Shown: in pieces, positions 19,186-29,394 of the stretch
How positions within the stretch are numbered: the stretch's first letter is position 1
Layout: each line of letters opens with the position of its first letter
Assembly: GCA_963837955.1 (NCBI GenBank)
Contig: CAWIPH010000001.1
Coordinates: 1-64,000, forward strand
DNA length: 64,000 bases
Origin: an uncultured Verrucomicrobiae bacterium
GTDB lineage: Bacteria; Verrucomicrobiota; Verrucomicrobiia; Chthoniobacterales; JAFAMB01
Reading direction: 5' to 3'
Translations under genes and position numbers: made by a program
The notes under the pieces: generated by a model
Told to the model about the DNA's origin: nothing
The model's input: the letters and a program-made list of their open reading frames with translations, nothing else
Databases searched by the model: none

Positions 19186-21390
19186 ATGATGTTGCCACGC
19201 TTTTACGTCGAATCGTTTCGGAGGTTTCTCAGGAAGAAATCGGTGCTCGCCGGTTGGAGAGGCCTCACGCTGTTAATCGGGATCAGCTTAGGTAATTCCG
19301 GCTGCAATAATAGTGCCTCGCTGGTGGACAACGCCGGCGGCCGTAAACCAGAAGATCTTCCTGAGATCGCAGATGACGTATTCAAGCCGATGGACGGCGG
19401 GATTGAGCTTTCGCAGGATGAAATCAAGGGTCGCAACACGTGGAATCTTTGGTGCGCCGGCACCGAGCAATTCTGGGAGCGGATGTCACGCGAGAGTTAT
19501 GGGTTAATCGATCTTCTCAAAACCATCGACTCAAGAGGGCGTTCAACCCGGTTCAAACAGATGGGACTGATCAACGAGCCGGGCTACAGACAGGCGGCCA
19601 AGCCGGACCAGTATGGGCTTTGGGTCGACGAAGCCTTTGAGCCGGAACCACCGGCAATTGATCCCAAAGTCTATGGTCGTTCGAGCGGTATTATGGGTTT
19701 CCGGGTCTTCGACAATCCCGATTTCAAAGGCGAAGCAGTAAAGAAATGGGATGCCAACCGCTACTATAATGATCCCACTTATGCGGTCGATCCGAAGCTC
19801 ATACGTCCCTATCGCGTCGGTATCTCTTGCGGTTCCTGCCATATCGCGTTCAACCCATCTAATCCGCCAGCCGATCCGGAGAACCCAAAATGGCCAAATC
19901 TCGCATCGGCCATCGGCAATCAATACATCCGGGAAGGCCCGGTTTTTGCCCATAATGTCAAAGAGGGAGGTTTTTTCTGGGAGATGTTGAAAGCTCAGCC
20001 GCCCGGGACTTCAGATACGTCCAGAATCGCGACTGATAACATCAATAACCCCAATGCGATCAACCCGATCTTTCTGCTCGGTGAGCGAGCGCGCGAGGGA
20101 GCGGAAGAGACGCTGGCTGGCCAAACGCTGCTGTTGCCGCTCATAAGAGATCTGGTCAAAAAAGGATCTGACTCCGTCACGATGCCGGTACCTCACGTTT
20201 TGAAGGACGGCGCTGACTCCGTCGGTGTCGTGGGTGCGACATTGCGCGTCTACATCAACATCGGGAGCTACTCGCAGCACTTTTTGCAGCAGCACAACGT
20301 GCTGATCGGGTTGACCAAGCAGAAGCCATTCGAAATCGAGACGGCGCAGAAATATTCGGTTTACTGGCTGGCTACGCAGCAGAAATTCCAGAACGTCGGT
20401 AAGTTCTTTGCGCGTCTGAAGTCTTTTCGCCTCGAGGACGCCCCAGGTGGGAAAGATTTCATCACCAAAGACGAAGAGGTGATGACACGCGGAAAGATCG
20501 TCTTCGCCGAGAACTGCGCGACCTGCCATTCTAGCAAGCGACCGCCGGCCGGCGAGGACGAGGTAGCATGGTTCAGGCAAGAAGCACTGAAGCCGGATTT
20601 TCGCGAGAATAACTTCTTCTCGGATGATCGACGCTATCCGATTACCAAAATCCAGACAAACGCTGCACGAGCCTGCGCCACGAATGCCATGCGCGGCCAC
20701 GTCTGGGCAAACTTCTCATCAGAGACGTACAAAAATTTGCCGTCGGTCGGAGCCATTAAGATTTGGAATCCATTCACGGAAGCCGAGGAAGATTTCAAAA
20801 TCGAGGGAGGCGGCCCTGGATATTATCGGACGGCGTCTTTGATCAGTGTCTGGTCGTCTGCGCCGCTGCTGCACAACAACTCGCTTGGCAAATTTACGGG
20901 TGATCCGTCAGTTGCAGGGCGAATGGAAGCGTTTAATGACGCGATTACTAAACTCCTCTGGCCGGAGAAACGCCTGGGCAAGGATTCGATTTGGCGAACC
21001 ACGCGCGAATGTAGTCTGCAGATACAAGCGGCTGCGCTGCCCGAACCACTGCGAACTCTGCTTAAGCCCGCTCTCGATCCAGACGGTTACTTTCGTATCG
21101 GAATGATCCCAAAAGGCACGCCGATCAACCTGCTGGCCAACGCGAATCCCGACACAGATCCGAAAGAGCTCGTGGAGGTCTGTCTGAAGATCAAGAAGGC
21201 GTTCGCCGAGATCAAGCTCAAGAACCTCGACGATGCCGCTGCTGCCGAGGTGCTCAAAACAGAGGTCGCGCCGGCATTGTTTAAAATTAGCAAATGCCCG
21301 GACCTGATCGAGGACCGCGGCCACTACTTCGGAACAGGGCTTCCCGACGCCGACAAGCTGGCGCTGATCGAGTATTTGAAAACGCTTTAA
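19186..21390 (+). CDS. Di-heme c-type protein, RoxA/MauG-like
   Basis: Two CxxCH (CGSCH, CATCH), SVWSSAPLLHNNS (MauG/CCP-like motif), C-terminal GHYFG...ALIEYLKTL; N-terminal hydrophobic segment ending in SGC. Confidence 0.75.
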   Translation: MMLPRFYVESFRRFLRKKSVLAGWRGLTLLIGISLGNSGCNNSASLVDNAGGRKPEDLPEIADDVFKPMDGGIELSQDEIKGRNTWNLWCAGTEQFWERMSRESYGLIDLLKTIDSRGRSTRFKQMGLINEPGYRQAAKPDQYGLWVDEAFEPEPPAIDPKVYGRSSGIMGFRVFDNPDFKGEAVKKWDANRYYNDPTYAVDPKLIRPYRVGISCGSCHIAFNPSNPPADPENPKWPNLASAIGNQYIREGPVFAHNVKEGGFFWEMLKAQPPGTSDTSRIATDNINNPNAINPIFLLGERAREGAEETLAGQTLLLPLIRDLVKKGSDSVTMPVPHVLKDGADSVGVVGATLRVYINIGSYSQHFLQQHNVLIGLTKQKPFEIETAQKYSVYWLATQQKFQNVGKFFARLKSFRLEDAPGGKDFITKDEEVMTRGKIVFAENCATCHSSKRPPAGEDEVAWFRQEALKPDFRENNFFSDDRRYPITKIQTNAARACATNAMRGHVWANFSSETYKNLPSVGAIKIWNPFTEAEEDFKIEGGGPGYYRTASLISVWSSAPLLHNNSLGKFTGDPSVAGRMEAFNDAITKLLWPEKRLGKDSIWRTTRECSLQIQAAALPEPLRTLLKPALDPDGYFRIGMIPKGTPINLLANANPDTDPKELVEVCLKIKKAFAEIKLKNLDDAAAAEVLKTEVAPALFKISKCPDLIEDRGHYFGTGLPDADKLALIEYLKTL

Positions 21391-21442
21391 CTATCCCATC
21401 CCCCACCGAGCTAACCTCAATGGATAACTACCGGAGCGAGCC

Positions 21443-21880
21443 ATGGCTATAACCGTTCCAGATTTGCTGAAAATGTCGCAGGCCCAGCTTGACGAGCTCT
21501 TCACCAATAGCCCGACGGGCGACATCCCTGACGGCGAAGGAAAAGGTACTGCGATCATCGCTCCCGGCACCACTTACAGTCTGGACATCGCCGAGTTCAT
21601 TAACCATTTCGCGTGGCAGGGCAAAATTTTCGATTCGCAGAAAGGCGTGTTGCGGAACGAGATCCTGCCTTTCGGCCTTCGCGCGATCATCGCGAAGGTC
21701 TACAAAGCGCCGAGTTGGCTGGATAACAAGGAATGCATTGTCCTCGATTATTCCGAGACATCACTTCTCGCGCATTGGATCCGAGATGAAATTCGGAACA
21801 TCGCGCCTGGGACGTATCTGGGAAAGGTTTTTTGGGATAAGAAACGACTGATTGATTTCGCTCTGGAATTTCAAAAATAA
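21443..21880 (+). CDS. Conserved hypothetical protein of the heme operon
   Basis: GGAG RBS; WQGKIF and IVLDYS...IRDEIR...YLGK motifs. Confidence 0.75.
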   Translation: MAITVPDLLKMSQAQLDELFTNSPTGDIPDGEGKGTAIIAPGTTYSLDIAEFINHFAWQGKIFDSQKGVLRNEILPFGLRAIIAKVYKAPSWLDNKECIVLDYSETSLLAHWIRDEIRNIAPGTYLGKVFWDKKRLIDFALEFQK

Positions 21881-21935
21881 CCTATCGAAAAGCTCGTTGG
21901 CCGGAGCGGTTCTCTGCGCATTACACCCGGAGTCC

Positions 21936-23171
21936 ATGTCAGGCTCGAATTCAAACGCTAGTCGCCCGCAGCCGCGCGCTAACACCGGCTCGCTGTTTTT
22001 GGACTCGCTGAGTGATACATTTACCTTCCTTCTGCAGGTAGAGCGCCGGATTGATCCATTGATTCGCCCGGTGTTCGATGCCGTGCTTCGCGATCCGATC
22101 GCGAATTTTGCCACGGCTTTGATCAATATGCAGCGCCCGAACGAAGGATTAAAGATCGCGGAAGAAAAGTCGCTTCCAGATGAAGAGACGTATCTCGACT
22201 CCATCATTTCAACCTTTGAGAAGCAAATGCGTGGGCTCTGGAAGCCTGGTGGGTTCGAGCGAGGAGGGAACACAAAGACGCACGGCATTGTGCGCGGAGA
22301 ATTTATCGTTCACGACAATCTACCCGAGACGTTTCGGCATGGCATCTACGCGCAGCCACAGACATACCGTGCATGGGTGCGTTTTTCCGGGCCCGGCCCT
22401 TACATTACACCGGACATCGACGATGTGGGCTTCATGAGTATCAGCATCAAGCTGATGGGTGTGCCGGGGCCAAAGTTGATGGATGAGGAAAACTTCACGC
22501 TAGACATGTTCGGCGTTTCTACACCGACCTTCGTGACCCCGGATACCAAAGCGAACGCGCAACTGCAAATCGAGAGCCTCAAGAATGCGCAGATGTTCTA
22601 TTTCCTAAACTTCCATCGACCGCACATCCTGGACATGATCATGCAATCGCTCTGGGTCAAAACGCAGAGCAGTCCGTTTGAAGCTCCTTATTTCAGCTGC
22701 GTTCCGTATCTCCTGGGAGAAGGCCAGGCGATGCAATACTCGGTGTGGCCCAAATCGGAAAAACGGACTCCGATTCCGCGGCTGCCTTTACGCCCGCCCG
22801 ACGACTATCTGCGCGATGCGATGGTCGCTTCACTGGGCAAAGGAGATGTCGAGTTCGACATCCGTTTGCAACTGCAAACCGATCCGCACCTCATGCCGAT
22901 TGAGAACAACGCGGTGCTCTGGCCCGAGAAGCTTTCGCCTCGCGTATCGGTGGCTACGCTGCACCTACCGCGGCAGAAGTTCGACTCTCCGGCGCAGATG
23001 GAGTTCGCCAAACAGCTTTCTTATAATCCCTGGCATTGTATAGCCGAGCACCGTCCGCTGGGAAATCAAAGCCGGGCACGGCGGCGGATGTATGCGGCAC
23101 TTTCGCAGCTGCGGCATACGATGAACAAGGTGCCTCATTACGAACCGACGGGAGATGAGGTCTTCGAGTAA
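21936..23171 (+). CDS. Catalase-fold heme protein (catalase-related), distal His apparently replaced
   Basis: RGGNTKTHG, AWVRFS, PIENNAVLWPE, LSYNPWH...HRPLGNQSRARRRMY with proximal Tyr. Confidence 0.8.
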   Translation: MSGSNSNASRPQPRANTGSLFLDSLSDTFTFLLQVERRIDPLIRPVFDAVLRDPIANFATALINMQRPNEGLKIAEEKSLPDEETYLDSIISTFEKQMRGLWKPGGFERGGNTKTHGIVRGEFIVHDNLPETFRHGIYAQPQTYRAWVRFSGPGPYITPDIDDVGFMSISIKLMGVPGPKLMDEENFTLDMFGVSTPTFVTPDTKANAQLQIESLKNAQMFYFLNFHRPHILDMIMQSLWVKTQSSPFEAPYFSCVPYLLGEGQAMQYSVWPKSEKRTPIPRLPLRPPDDYLRDAMVASLGKGDVEFDIRLQLQTDPHLMPIENNAVLWPEKLSPRVSVATLHLPRQKFDSPAQMEFAKQLSYNPWHCIAEHRPLGNQSRARRRMYAALSQLRHTMNKVPHYEPTGDEVFE

Positions 23172-23177
23172 CAAGCC

Positions 23178-24479
23178 ATGACTCCGCAGGCAAGCTTCAT
23201 GATCCTGGCGCCGATTGATCCACAGCGGGAGACTCAGCTTCGCCAGTTACTCGCATCAATGAATCACGCGCCCGGGCGCGTGAACTCTAACAACGCCCTG
23301 ATACCATTCGCACAATTCGATACGCTGCACTTCGCGCGATTGCTCATCGTGGACGACAAGACGATTAACGACATTCGCGTCTATGGTCTCACCCCTAGCC
23401 CTTATCCGCTATATCTCACGTTTCTCGGCGATACCGATGGAGACAGAGATACTTTTCTTGAAAAGTTGGCAAAGCTCGCGCCAACCGGATTACGCTCTAT
23501 CTTTTCGTGTTGCGAAGGATTCACGTCCGGTACCGATCTGGTCAGGTGGATGAAGCAGCACAGTAGTCCTTCCGCTGCCGAGTACCAGAACTGGCCAGGG
23601 CGGACTGTGCGCCGCGTTCGGGAAGACGCGGCGTTGCATGAAGCGCTCGAAGGCTACATCAAGAGAGATGCATCCGCTCTCGCGGGTTTGCCGGCGCGGC
23701 AGATTCATGCGGAGTTACGGCGGTTCATCAGTAAGCAGACGTCCTCGGGACAGCTTACTCTGACAGCTGAGGACCCGACACCGCCTGATTGGTCGATTAG
23801 TAATTCGCTGCATAAGTTTGGCGTTCCGCTGCTGTTCTTAATCGGGTCGCCCATTCTCGTCCCCATCGGGCTAATCGGTCTCATTCGGCTGCGCGGGCTG
23901 GAGAAAACAGATCCCGAACTGTGTCCACGAGTGGACCTAGCTTACTCCAACGATCTGGCGCTTTTGGAAGATCACGATGTCACCAATCAATTCACCGCGA
24001 TGGGAAGCTTGAAGCCCGGCACCGTACGGCTCTGGACCGCAATCTTCGTGCTTTTAGTCATAGATTGGTTCGCCCGACATATTTTTACCCGAGGCCGCTT
24101 AGGTCGCGTCCGCACAATCCATTTCGCGCGTTGGGTGTTTCTCGACGGCAGAAAACGGGTTGTGTTTCTTAGCAATTATGACGGCAGTCTGGAGAGCTAC
24201 ATGGACGATTTTATCAACAAAGTGGGCTTCGGACTTAATCTTGTTTTCAGTAACGGCGTCGGCTATCCCGGAACAAAATTCCTCATTAAGGAAGGGTGTT
24301 CCGACGAACGAAAGTTCAAGGAATACCTGCGCCGTCACCAGCTCCCGACGCAAGTTTGGTACTACGCCTATCCGGGTTTGACGGCAGTCGATTTGGAGAA
24401 AAATGGGCTCATTCGGCTGGGATTGGAGTCCCCGTCGATGAGCGATCAAGAGGCCGGCGAATGGGTTGCTCTTCTATGA
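23178..24479 (+). CDS. Peroxidase-associated hypothetical protein with duplicated HFAR motif
   Basis: LHFARL and TIHFARWV, SNYDGSLESYMDDF, two hydrophobic segments; ATGA-coupled to DyP. Confidence 0.7.
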   Translation: MTPQASFMILAPIDPQRETQLRQLLASMNHAPGRVNSNNALIPFAQFDTLHFARLLIVDDKTINDIRVYGLTPSPYPLYLTFLGDTDGDRDTFLEKLAKLAPTGLRSIFSCCEGFTSGTDLVRWMKQHSSPSAAEYQNWPGRTVRRVREDAALHEALEGYIKRDASALAGLPARQIHAELRRFISKQTSSGQLTLTAEDPTPPDWSISNSLHKFGVPLLFLIGSPILVPIGLIGLIRLRGLEKTDPELCPRVDLAYSNDLALLEDHDVTNQFTAMGSLKPGTVRLWTAIFVLLVIDWFARHIFTRGRLGRVRTIHFARWVFLDGRKRVVFLSNYDGSLESYMDDFINKVGFGLNLVFSNGVGYPGTKFLIKEGCSDERKFKEYLRRHQLPTQVWYYAYPGLTAVDLEKNGLIRLGLESPSMSDQEAGEWVALL

Positions 24480-25978
24480 CGCAAAGCGAAGTCGATTACA
24501 GCGACGTGCAAGGTTTGGTTCGCTACGGTTACGGACTGATGAAGGAAGCCTCCTATTTCCTTTTGCGCGTCAGGGATGTTGCGGCCGCGCGATCCTGGTT
24601 ACGCGCCGCACCGGTCACCAGCGCCCTCGCAATGAATCCCCCACCCTCCATCGCGATGCAGGTCGCCTTTACGGCAACCGGTCTCAAAGCGCTCGGCGTA
24701 CCCGCTTCCGTCCTGGCGGACTTTTCCTCCGAATTTCTGGCAGGGATGACGGAAGAAAGCCGTTCGCGCCGCCTAGGAGATGTGGAAAGCAATGCTCCCT
24801 CCCAGTGGGACTGGGGCAATTCCGCCAACGTGCCGCATCTGGTTGTCATGTTTTTTGCCCAGCCTGGGCGCCTTGAGGCTTTCATAAAAAACTCCACCGG
24901 AAAGGCATGGGATGAAGCGTTCGAGCTGTTGCGTTGCCTTGACACCAGTGATCTTGGCGGGATCGAACCATTCGGTTTCGCGGATGGCATCAGCCAACCC
25001 CAAATCGATTGGGCCCAGGAGCGTGACTTGGCACGGAGTCAAATTTATTACAGTAACGTAGTTGCGCTCGGTGAGTTTCTGCTCGGGTATCGCAATGAAT
25101 ACAACAAGTACACCGATCGGCCGTTAGTCGAAGCTGATACCGCGAGCGCGGGGTTGCTGCCTGCGGAGGATGCACCGGAAAAAAAAGATCTCGGCCGAAA
25201 TGGAACGTATCTTGTGATGCGCCAGTTGCGGCAGGACGTGCGGGGCTTCTGGCAGTTCGTCAGCAGCCAAGTCGGTGGAAATGCCGCGGAGATGGACAAG
25301 TTGGCTGCTGCGTTCGTCGGCCGGACGAGAGCGGGCGATCCGCTAGCACCGATTCAGAAAGAAGCCATTCTGGGGATACCTTCGCCGCCAGATCAAATTG
25401 GGCAGAAGAATCAATTCACATTCGACCAGGATCCAACTGGCAGCCGCTGTCCTTTCGGCGCGCATGTCCGCCGTGCGAACCCACGCAATTCCGATTATCC
25501 TGGGCACCCGACCGGGCTCGCCCAACTCGTCGCAACTCTAGGTTTTGGCCCGAAGGGCTTCCGGGACGACCTGATGTCCTCCGTTCGCTTTCATCGCATT
25601 CTACGGCGCGGCCGCGAATACGGTCCTGGGCTATCACCCTCGGAAGCTCTGACACCGGCGCCGCCGGACGACCCGGAACGAGGACTGCGCTTCATCTGTC
25701 TCAACGCCAATATTTCCCGTCAATTCGAGTTTTTGCAAAACGCTTGGCTGATGAACACTAAGTTCTCCGGCTTAACCGAGGAAAGCGACCCGCTGCTCGG
25801 CAATCGCCAGCCGATACCGGGTTGTCCGGTCACCGACAATTTCACCAGGCAGAAAGACGACGGTTTGCGGTGCCGTATTTCGGGACTTCCGCAGTTTGTA
25901 ACGGTGCGCGGCGGTGCCTATTTCTTTCTGCCAGGTTTACGCGCCTTGCGCTATTTCGCCGGAGCCGGAAGTACGTAA
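24476..25978 (+). CDS. DyP-type heme peroxidase
   Basis: EPFGFADGISQP (GxxDG), CPFGAHVRRANPR, HRILRRGREYG, RQFEFLQ, GGAYFFLP; start ATG 24476. Confidence 0.9.
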   Translation: MTQSEVDYSDVQGLVRYGYGLMKEASYFLLRVRDVAAARSWLRAAPVTSALAMNPPPSIAMQVAFTATGLKALGVPASVLADFSSEFLAGMTEESRSRRLGDVESNAPSQWDWGNSANVPHLVVMFFAQPGRLEAFIKNSTGKAWDEAFELLRCLDTSDLGGIEPFGFADGISQPQIDWAQERDLARSQIYYSNVVALGEFLLGYRNEYNKYTDRPLVEADTASAGLLPAEDAPEKKDLGRNGTYLVMRQLRQDVRGFWQFVSSQVGGNAAEMDKLAAAFVGRTRAGDPLAPIQKEAILGIPSPPDQIGQKNQFTFDQDPTGSRCPFGAHVRRANPRNSDYPGHPTGLAQLVATLGFGPKGFRDDLMSSVRFHRILRRGREYGPGLSPSEALTPAPPDDPERGLRFICLNANISRQFEFLQNAWLMNTKFSGLTEESDPLLGNRQPIPGCPVTDNFTRQKDDGLRCRISGLPQFVTVRGGAYFFLPGLRALRYFAGAGST

Positions 25979-26146
25979 TTACATGTTTGTTTCATCCCAC
26001 TCTAACCATGGCAAATCCTCGCCCTAGCCGCCGCAAGCCAGCAAAATCAAGATCGAGTGACGCTGTCGCACAATCCACACCTCCGCCGGCGCCGTCACCT
26101 ACAAAACCAGAGGCTGGTCCAGAAATTTCAGTCTCGCCCACAGCCG

Positions 26147-27706
26147 ATGGAAAATATCTCCTTTGATCCAAGTTGCTTGGACAGAAAAATTATTACGATT
26201 CCACTCGCGAAAAAAATCGCCGAGCAGGAAAAGATCCAAGAAGGAAGTCTTTACAAGGTCATCATCGATCTAAACCTAACCTATCGCGGCGGCCGAGAAG
26301 GTGCGCGGGATAGGGTTTTTGAGCTTTTGAAGACAATCACCACCGAAGCCGCCGCCGCCGGAACGGCGCCGTCGCAGCAAGAAGGCATAAACTTGGCAAA
26401 GAGCGAGTTTAGCGATCAATATCTCTTTGGCCAATTTCCGGCTAGAACGCTCTATTCCCTCGTTGCGCGGGACAGAGACCCTGGTGATTCTATCGCTGTA
26501 CCGAAGGAAGGCAGCCTGCCAGCCCCGCGTGCCCATTGCGCGATTCATCTAATTTGGCCGGATTTTCCTATCGCGGCGCGACTGACGAAGAGCGTCAGCA
26601 CCGTGAAAGCAGATGCAGCCCATCTCTCCTTTTCTGCAAACGGCTCTGGCATCGTCTGGGCGGTGTTAGACTCTGGGATTCAGGGTGACCACATCCATTT
26701 CGTGCTGCACAACAATCTGGCGATACCGGGGCCACTTGTGCACCGCGATTTCACTAAGGTCGGACAAGCCGCCGAGGAAAAGCCACTGGAGGATCCCTAC
26801 GGTCATGGAACACATGTGGCCGGTATTATCGCGGGAGAGTGTAAAGCCGAGCCTAACCGACCAATCCTCGCGATTTCACGCGAACAGGCCGAGGGTGGTG
26901 ATCCTCATTACCAGCGGATCAATGATATCCAGGCAATTTCGGGCATGGCTCCGCAGTGCAAACTGCTTAGCCTGCGTGTGCTCGATGAAAACGGGAATGG
27001 TGAGGTCAGTAGCTTGATTGCTGCGATTGGCTACATCCAAGGGCTGAATGGCGACGGACGGCACCTCCTGGTTCACGGAGTCAACATCAGCGCTGGGTAC
27101 CCATTTAACCCTGAATGGTTTGCTTGTGGTCAAAGCCCTGTTTGCGTGGAAGTCGATCGCCTGGTCCGAACCGGCGTAGTGGTGTCGGTCGCTGCAGGTA
27201 ACACAGGATACGCGTACGAACAGGTTTATACCATGCAGGCGGCTGGTGCGGGATCGGCCATTGCTGGCCAACCTCTTTCGATTAACGATCCGGGAAACGC
27301 AGACTTAGCGATCACCGTCGGTTCAACCCATCGTGACATGCCTCACACCTACGGTGTTTCTTACTTCTCTTCTAAAGGCCCTACCGGCGACGGTAGATCC
27401 AAGCCTGATCTCGTCGCGCCAGGTGAGAAGATCTTTTCGTGCGCAGCGGGCGAAACCAAGAAAGAGCGCGAGAAGAATGCTCCGGACCAACTCGGCTGTG
27501 ACTATGCCGAGGATAGCGGAACTAGCATGGCCGCCCCTCACGTCTCCGGTGTGATCGCTGCTTTTTTATCGATCCGAAGCGAATTCATCGGTCGGTCCGA
27601 AGAAGTGAAACAGATCTTCCTGTCGACAGCAACAGACCTGGGTCGTGACCGTTCCTTTCAGGGAAAAGGGCTGGTCGACTTAATGCGTGCGATCCAATCC
27701 GTTTGA
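26147..27706 (+). CDS. S8 subtilase-family serine protease, no signal peptide (may start at 26008 via a frameshift)
   Basis: VLDSG, HGTHVAG, AAGN, SGTSMAAPH: complete triad plus oxyanion Asn. Confidence 0.9.
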   Translation: MENISFDPSCLDRKIITIPLAKKIAEQEKIQEGSLYKVIIDLNLTYRGGREGARDRVFELLKTITTEAAAAGTAPSQQEGINLAKSEFSDQYLFGQFPARTLYSLVARDRDPGDSIAVPKEGSLPAPRAHCAIHLIWPDFPIAARLTKSVSTVKADAAHLSFSANGSGIVWAVLDSGIQGDHIHFVLHNNLAIPGPLVHRDFTKVGQAAEEKPLEDPYGHGTHVAGIIAGECKAEPNRPILAISREQAEGGDPHYQRINDIQAISGMAPQCKLLSLRVLDENGNGEVSSLIAAIGYIQGLNGDGRHLLVHGVNISAGYPFNPEWFACGQSPVCVEVDRLVRTGVVVSVAAGNTGYAYEQVYTMQAAGAGSAIAGQPLSINDPGNADLAITVGSTHRDMPHTYGVSYFSSKGPTGDGRSKPDLVAPGEKIFSCAAGETKKEREKNAPDQLGCDYAEDSGTSMAAPHVSGVIAAFLSIRSEFIGRSEEVKQIFLSTATDLGRDRSFQGKGLVDLMRAIQSV

Positions 27707-27751
27707 ACGTTTTCTACCGATTCCAACCGACTCAAGCAAAGGCTATCAAGC

Positions 27752-29110
27752 ATGCCCAATAACCCGAACTTTCCACATTTCGATTACTTCGAAGTGGAAT
27801 TCACAAAAGACGGCGACATCGCTAAGCGTCAGCAAGTCGACGATTTGATCCATTTTCTCCGCGCCACGGGAACCACGACGGATCTTTTTGTCATCTCGCA
27901 CGGATGGAACAATGATTGGAATGACGCTCGACAGCTGTACGTCAATTTCTGCGGATTCCTGAAAGCCCAGCTCGGCGGGGGCAAATTCGATAACCTGAAG
28001 CAGCGGAAATTCACGGTCCTCGGAGTTCTTTGGCCGTCCAAAAAGTTTGCTGACCAAGATCTGATACCCGGCAACGCCACTGGAGTCGCTGGTGGTGCGG
28101 CGGGTGTTGCTTCTACGGCCGATCTCGCCCAAGACGATCTTTTAAAAAGGCTCGACCTATTCAAGGATGCTCTCGGCGATCCAGCCACAGAGGCTCAATT
28201 TGCCGAAGCTCGATCGCTGGTGCCAGATCTCGCCAATTTCCCAAGCAAGCAACGCCGGTTTGTTGACCTTATGCGGTCGGTATTGCCGCAGACCAGTGAA
28301 GGGGTAACCGTTGAGGATGCATCTCCAGCTTTTTTCAAATTAGACGCCCAGGATCTGATTAACCGTCTCTCCAGGCCGATGCCGGCGGCATTGGCTCAAA
28401 CGTCCGGGAATGCAGCTGGTCTGAACACGGGGAGGGGCTCAGCTGCGGGGCTCGGAGACGTTCTGAGTGGAATCAAGGGCTCCTTCACCCATCTACTGAA
28501 TTACACAACTTATTATGTCATGAAGGATCGCGCGGGCACCGTCGGCCGAACGGGAGTATACCAGGTGCTCCGAGAAATACGCGACGACGGTCCTTCCATG
28601 AAGGTTCACATTGCCGGCCACTCGTTTGGAGGTCGGTTGGTGACGGCAGCGACGGATGGGCCCACCGGAACTCCTCCGATTCAGCCTGAGACGATGACGC
28701 TGCTTCAGGCAGCCTTCTCTCACAATGGCTTTGCTCACCTTTACGATGGTGTTCACGACGGTTTTTTCCGCGCGGTTGTTACCAGTAAAAAGGTCAAAGG
28801 ACCGGTTCTGATTACCTGTTCAAAACAGGATACAGCGGTTGGGATTGCTTATCCCATTGCCTCTCTGCTCTCCGGAGTAACCGCTGCGGCGCTCGGCGAC
28901 AAGAACGATCCTTTTGGCGGCATGGGCCGCAACGGAGCGCAGAAGACCCCTGAAGCGGTCGACGGTGCTCTCCTGCCCGCAGCACAGAACTACAGCTTCA
29001 CCAGAGACAAGGTTTTTAACCTCAACGGCGATAACATTATCACCGGCCACGGCGACATTTGCCGTGACGAGATAGCATCAGCAATCCTACAGGCAATCGC
29101 GCTGATGTGA
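27752..29110 (+). CDS. Alpha/beta-hydrolase-fold protein
   Basis: SHGWNN oxyanion motif, GHSFGG nucleophile elbow, C-terminal GHGDI. Confidence 0.75.
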   Translation: MPNNPNFPHFDYFEVEFTKDGDIAKRQQVDDLIHFLRATGTTTDLFVISHGWNNDWNDARQLYVNFCGFLKAQLGGGKFDNLKQRKFTVLGVLWPSKKFADQDLIPGNATGVAGGAAGVASTADLAQDDLLKRLDLFKDALGDPATEAQFAEARSLVPDLANFPSKQRRFVDLMRSVLPQTSEGVTVEDASPAFFKLDAQDLINRLSRPMPAALAQTSGNAAGLNTGRGSAAGLGDVLSGIKGSFTHLLNYTTYYVMKDRAGTVGRTGVYQVLREIRDDGPSMKVHIAGHSFGGRLVTAATDGPTGTPPIQPETMTLLQAAFSHNGFAHLYDGVHDGFFRAVVTSKKVKGPVLITCSKQDTAVGIAYPIASLLSGVTAAALGDKNDPFGGMGRNGAQKTPEAVDGALLPAAQNYSFTRDKVFNLNGDNIITGHGDICRDEIASAILQAIALM

Positions 29111-29394
29111 TGACCCGCTTTTTGTATCATTGGCTGGTTCGCACAAAGGAGAGTTACGTTTTGTGTTGTTGGCTAAGTGTTTTAGCGAAAAGCGGTTAGT
29201 AAATGCTGCAGGCGCGGCGTTAGCAGACAACACGGCTAACTAGGCTACCAAATGACCATCCGGATGGAAATGATAAGTATGGGACATGAGCGTACGAGAT
29301 TGAGAGAATTCTACCTAGGCTTCTATACGCCATTCTACGTATAGACGCCTTGAGCGAGGTGCCGCAGAATATCGGATTCAAAGAAAGTTCTCTT

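Noticed and set aside
29317..29350. Hairpin AGGCTTCTATACG...CGTATAGACGCCT upstream of 29395
   Set aside because: Single short imperfect palindrome with no U-tract or second copy; function unsupported.
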